DNA of 63,811 bases, counting the filler, from Reticulomyxa filosa (lineage: Eukaryota; Protista; Foraminifera): assembly GCA_000512085.1 (NCBI GenBank). It is 14 parts of 14 records of this genome, joined end to end, with 100 filler letters (N's around TTAATTAATTAA, not from the genome) between each part and the next. Parts side by side here need not be neighbours in the genome. Positions count along the whole stretch, not along the records: positions 61,029 to 62,711 come from ASPP01007105.1; positions 62,812 to 63,811 come from ASPP01046271.1; 12 more parts are not named here. One strand, written 5' to 3'. Both the position numbers and the translations under genes were made by a program. Below the pieces are notes generated by a model. That model saw only the letters and a list, made by a program, of their open reading frames with translations. It was not told where the DNA came from and made no database searches. This document shows, piece by piece, positions 61,621 through 63,811 of the stretch. The first letter of the stretch is position 1. Every line of letters begins with the position of its first letter.

Positions 61621-63811
61621 ATTGAAAAAAAAAAACAGCAAAATGCCTTACAGGAACCAAGATCAGCACGAAATTGTTCAACCCCTTTGTTGGAAGTCAG
61701 AAGAAAAAAAGGAGTTTAGAAAGTGTCTTTTTTTGTGATACATATGTTTAAAGGTCTGTAATAAGATCAAAGATTTATAAAGATACGTTGTCTATAAGTG
61801 CAACAACGTTTATTTGCATCAGCGAAAAATATGCCTTTTTTTAGATATAAAAATAATTATATTATTTATAGACGTGCACAGTGACGATTCTCACCTTTGA
61901 CTTTTTTCAACAAAAGATTATCCAGGACGCGTAAACAATCATCTTTTCAACTTGAGTTGATTATGTCTATTTTGTCTTTATTTTGCAAGTTGTTATGATA
62001 TTTTTTGATCATATTTACATCAATAAACTTTCAATAATATTTGTAATTTGTATGGTCAGCAAAAACAATTAAACTTTGTGGTTAAGAAACTTTTGAGAAA
62101 ATTGATTTAATCGCTAATGGACAATCTTTTACAGCTTAAAAAGAGAGGAAGTTGAAAAATCTTGTGCAACATAATTGTTTTTTTTGTTGTGGGAAGTTCA
62201 TTAAGATAATTCAATAGAATCGGCCCTAATTTGTAATTTAGTCCTTGTTTTTATTTTGATTTGTGCGCATCTGTTTGTTATATCCTTAGACTCAACAGTA
62301 TTGAATTATAGGGATTTTTTTCTGTTCAAAAAAGCAAAAAATATATCGGTTAGTTATTCTGTAGAATATGTGCTTAATCTTTAAAGAAGTAAAAAAAAAA
62401 AATTAAGCGCAAGAAAAAATGCAAAAATGTTATGGGAAAACAGAACATGATTCTTTGATGAGTTTTGCAGACCAACCAAAAACTGGATTAATAGTTAGTA
62501 AAAGAAAATTTGTTAACAAAAAGGACGAAAGAGCCAAAGCGCACAAAATTTCCAGTCATCACAAAAAAAAAAACGAGACAGTGACATCAAAGAGAAAAAA
62601 AACAAACATAACTAAATTAAACACATCCCCCCAGATAAAGCCAAATTGGCTCATTTTTATTGATGGTAGGTAGATACATATATTTTAGTCGTTTAGTACC
62701 ATGTTCATCCANNNNNNNNNNNNNNNNNNNNNNNNNNNNNNNNNNNNNNNNNNNNTTAATTAATTAANNNNNNNNNNNNNNNNNNNNNNNNNNNNNNNNN
62801 NNNNNNNNNNNATTACTTAATATAAAATTGTAGATTGATGGCATCAATGATAGAAATGGACCATTACAAGGTAAAAAAGTAATCGAAACATGCAAAACAG
62901 GACAAGGAAAGCAATACTTGGACATTGCGAGTGGCAGTGCTGGACGGTTGCAACAACGGTAAGTTCAACTATGTGATTGCAAAGTGTAGTGATGACGAGC
63001 AAGAAGATACCATTGAAATCCAATGGGAGGAGGTGGATTGTTGTCGCATAGGGGGAATTCTACGTTGATCGCCACTACTATCATTCAACTATTGTTTTGA
63101 AGCCAAGTGTTTTGAAATCGTGTACATGCTGTCATACGAAGAGACCAATGAGCAATCATTTAACAGTTGATGTCTATTACGTACATGAAGGTACAAACTT
63201 ATACAAATGTAATAACATCTTAAAAAAAACAAACTACAAATTAATATATAAACATTTTTAACGATTTACTGATGGACTTGGCACTAGATTCGAATTTGTT
63301 GCTGTCACTTAAATAAGGATAATGATATACACACATAAACCTTTTGCTCTCTGCATTGGAAAATGATAATGTACATACACACGTAATACGCAATTGACAA
63401 GGTGTGTGAAATCAAACCAACCATTTTTGTACTCGTTCATCTTTGAATTCTCTTTTTCTCTCTTCCGCTACCACAACAGGTATCTGACTGATCCGAATGT
63501 TCGATATTTCACTACATGAAGTAAAATCTCAATCCATTCATTTTTCTAATTATATGTACACAAAACACATTCGAAATTTGGTTAAACAATGACATTGGAA
63601 AAAACAAAACAGTGGCAAATTGTAGGAGTTTCTATGGGACACCAAACTACGGACTCTGGTTTCTTTACGTCAGGACGTTACATAATCTTTATAATCAATT
63701 TTTTTTACAATGTTAAAAAAAGTAAATCCTTATTGTTGCGCTCAATAGACTGATTTCGGCTAAACGATCATTTATTGTGCAATGAAAGAATTTCAGCATA
63801 TCAAAAAAAAT

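Noticed and set aside
5630-62811. Recurring TTAATTAATTAA flanked by Ns as a biological repeat or array
   Set aside because: Fixed 100-nt artificial linker with six-frame stops, used to concatenate contigs.
62812-63130. Coding-like plus-strand segment
   Set aside because: Short, interrupted, and no family recognisable.

Overview
AT-rich eukaryotic genomic DNA with many introns. It is 14 contig pieces joined by 13 artificial N44-TTAATTAATTAA-N44 linkers, so adjacency across a linker carries no biological meaning. Gene style (degraded WD40 family copies, TM-RGS proteins, microsatellite-rich introns) suggests a rhizarian, probably the foraminiferan Reticulomyxa filosa or a relative; this is inference only. 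Recognisable genes: proteasome ATPase RPT4/PSMC6, CWF19L1, EI24, an LRRC45-like LRR/coiled-coil protein, an RI-type LRR protein, a double-PH protein, a multi-RPEL protein, a CBS protein and two RGS proteins. There are also G-alpha and WD40 pseudogenes and LINE remnants. The standout is an intronless 916-aa ORF (53290-56040, minus) with the layout of a land-plant organellar RNA-editing factor: presequence-like N-terminus, PLS-type PPR repeats, E1/E2 motifs and a DYW-type deaminase with intact HxE-x25-CxxCH and H..CSC zinc sites but a non-DYW terminus. It points to possible C-to-U mitochondrial RNA editing in this lineage. Also notable: a DysF + Munc13/PATROL1-type MUN + C2 protein, introns with poly-A instead of a polypyrimidine tract before the AG, and two short structured islands that may be ncRNAs. 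All family calls are from motif recognition by eye; no searches were run.
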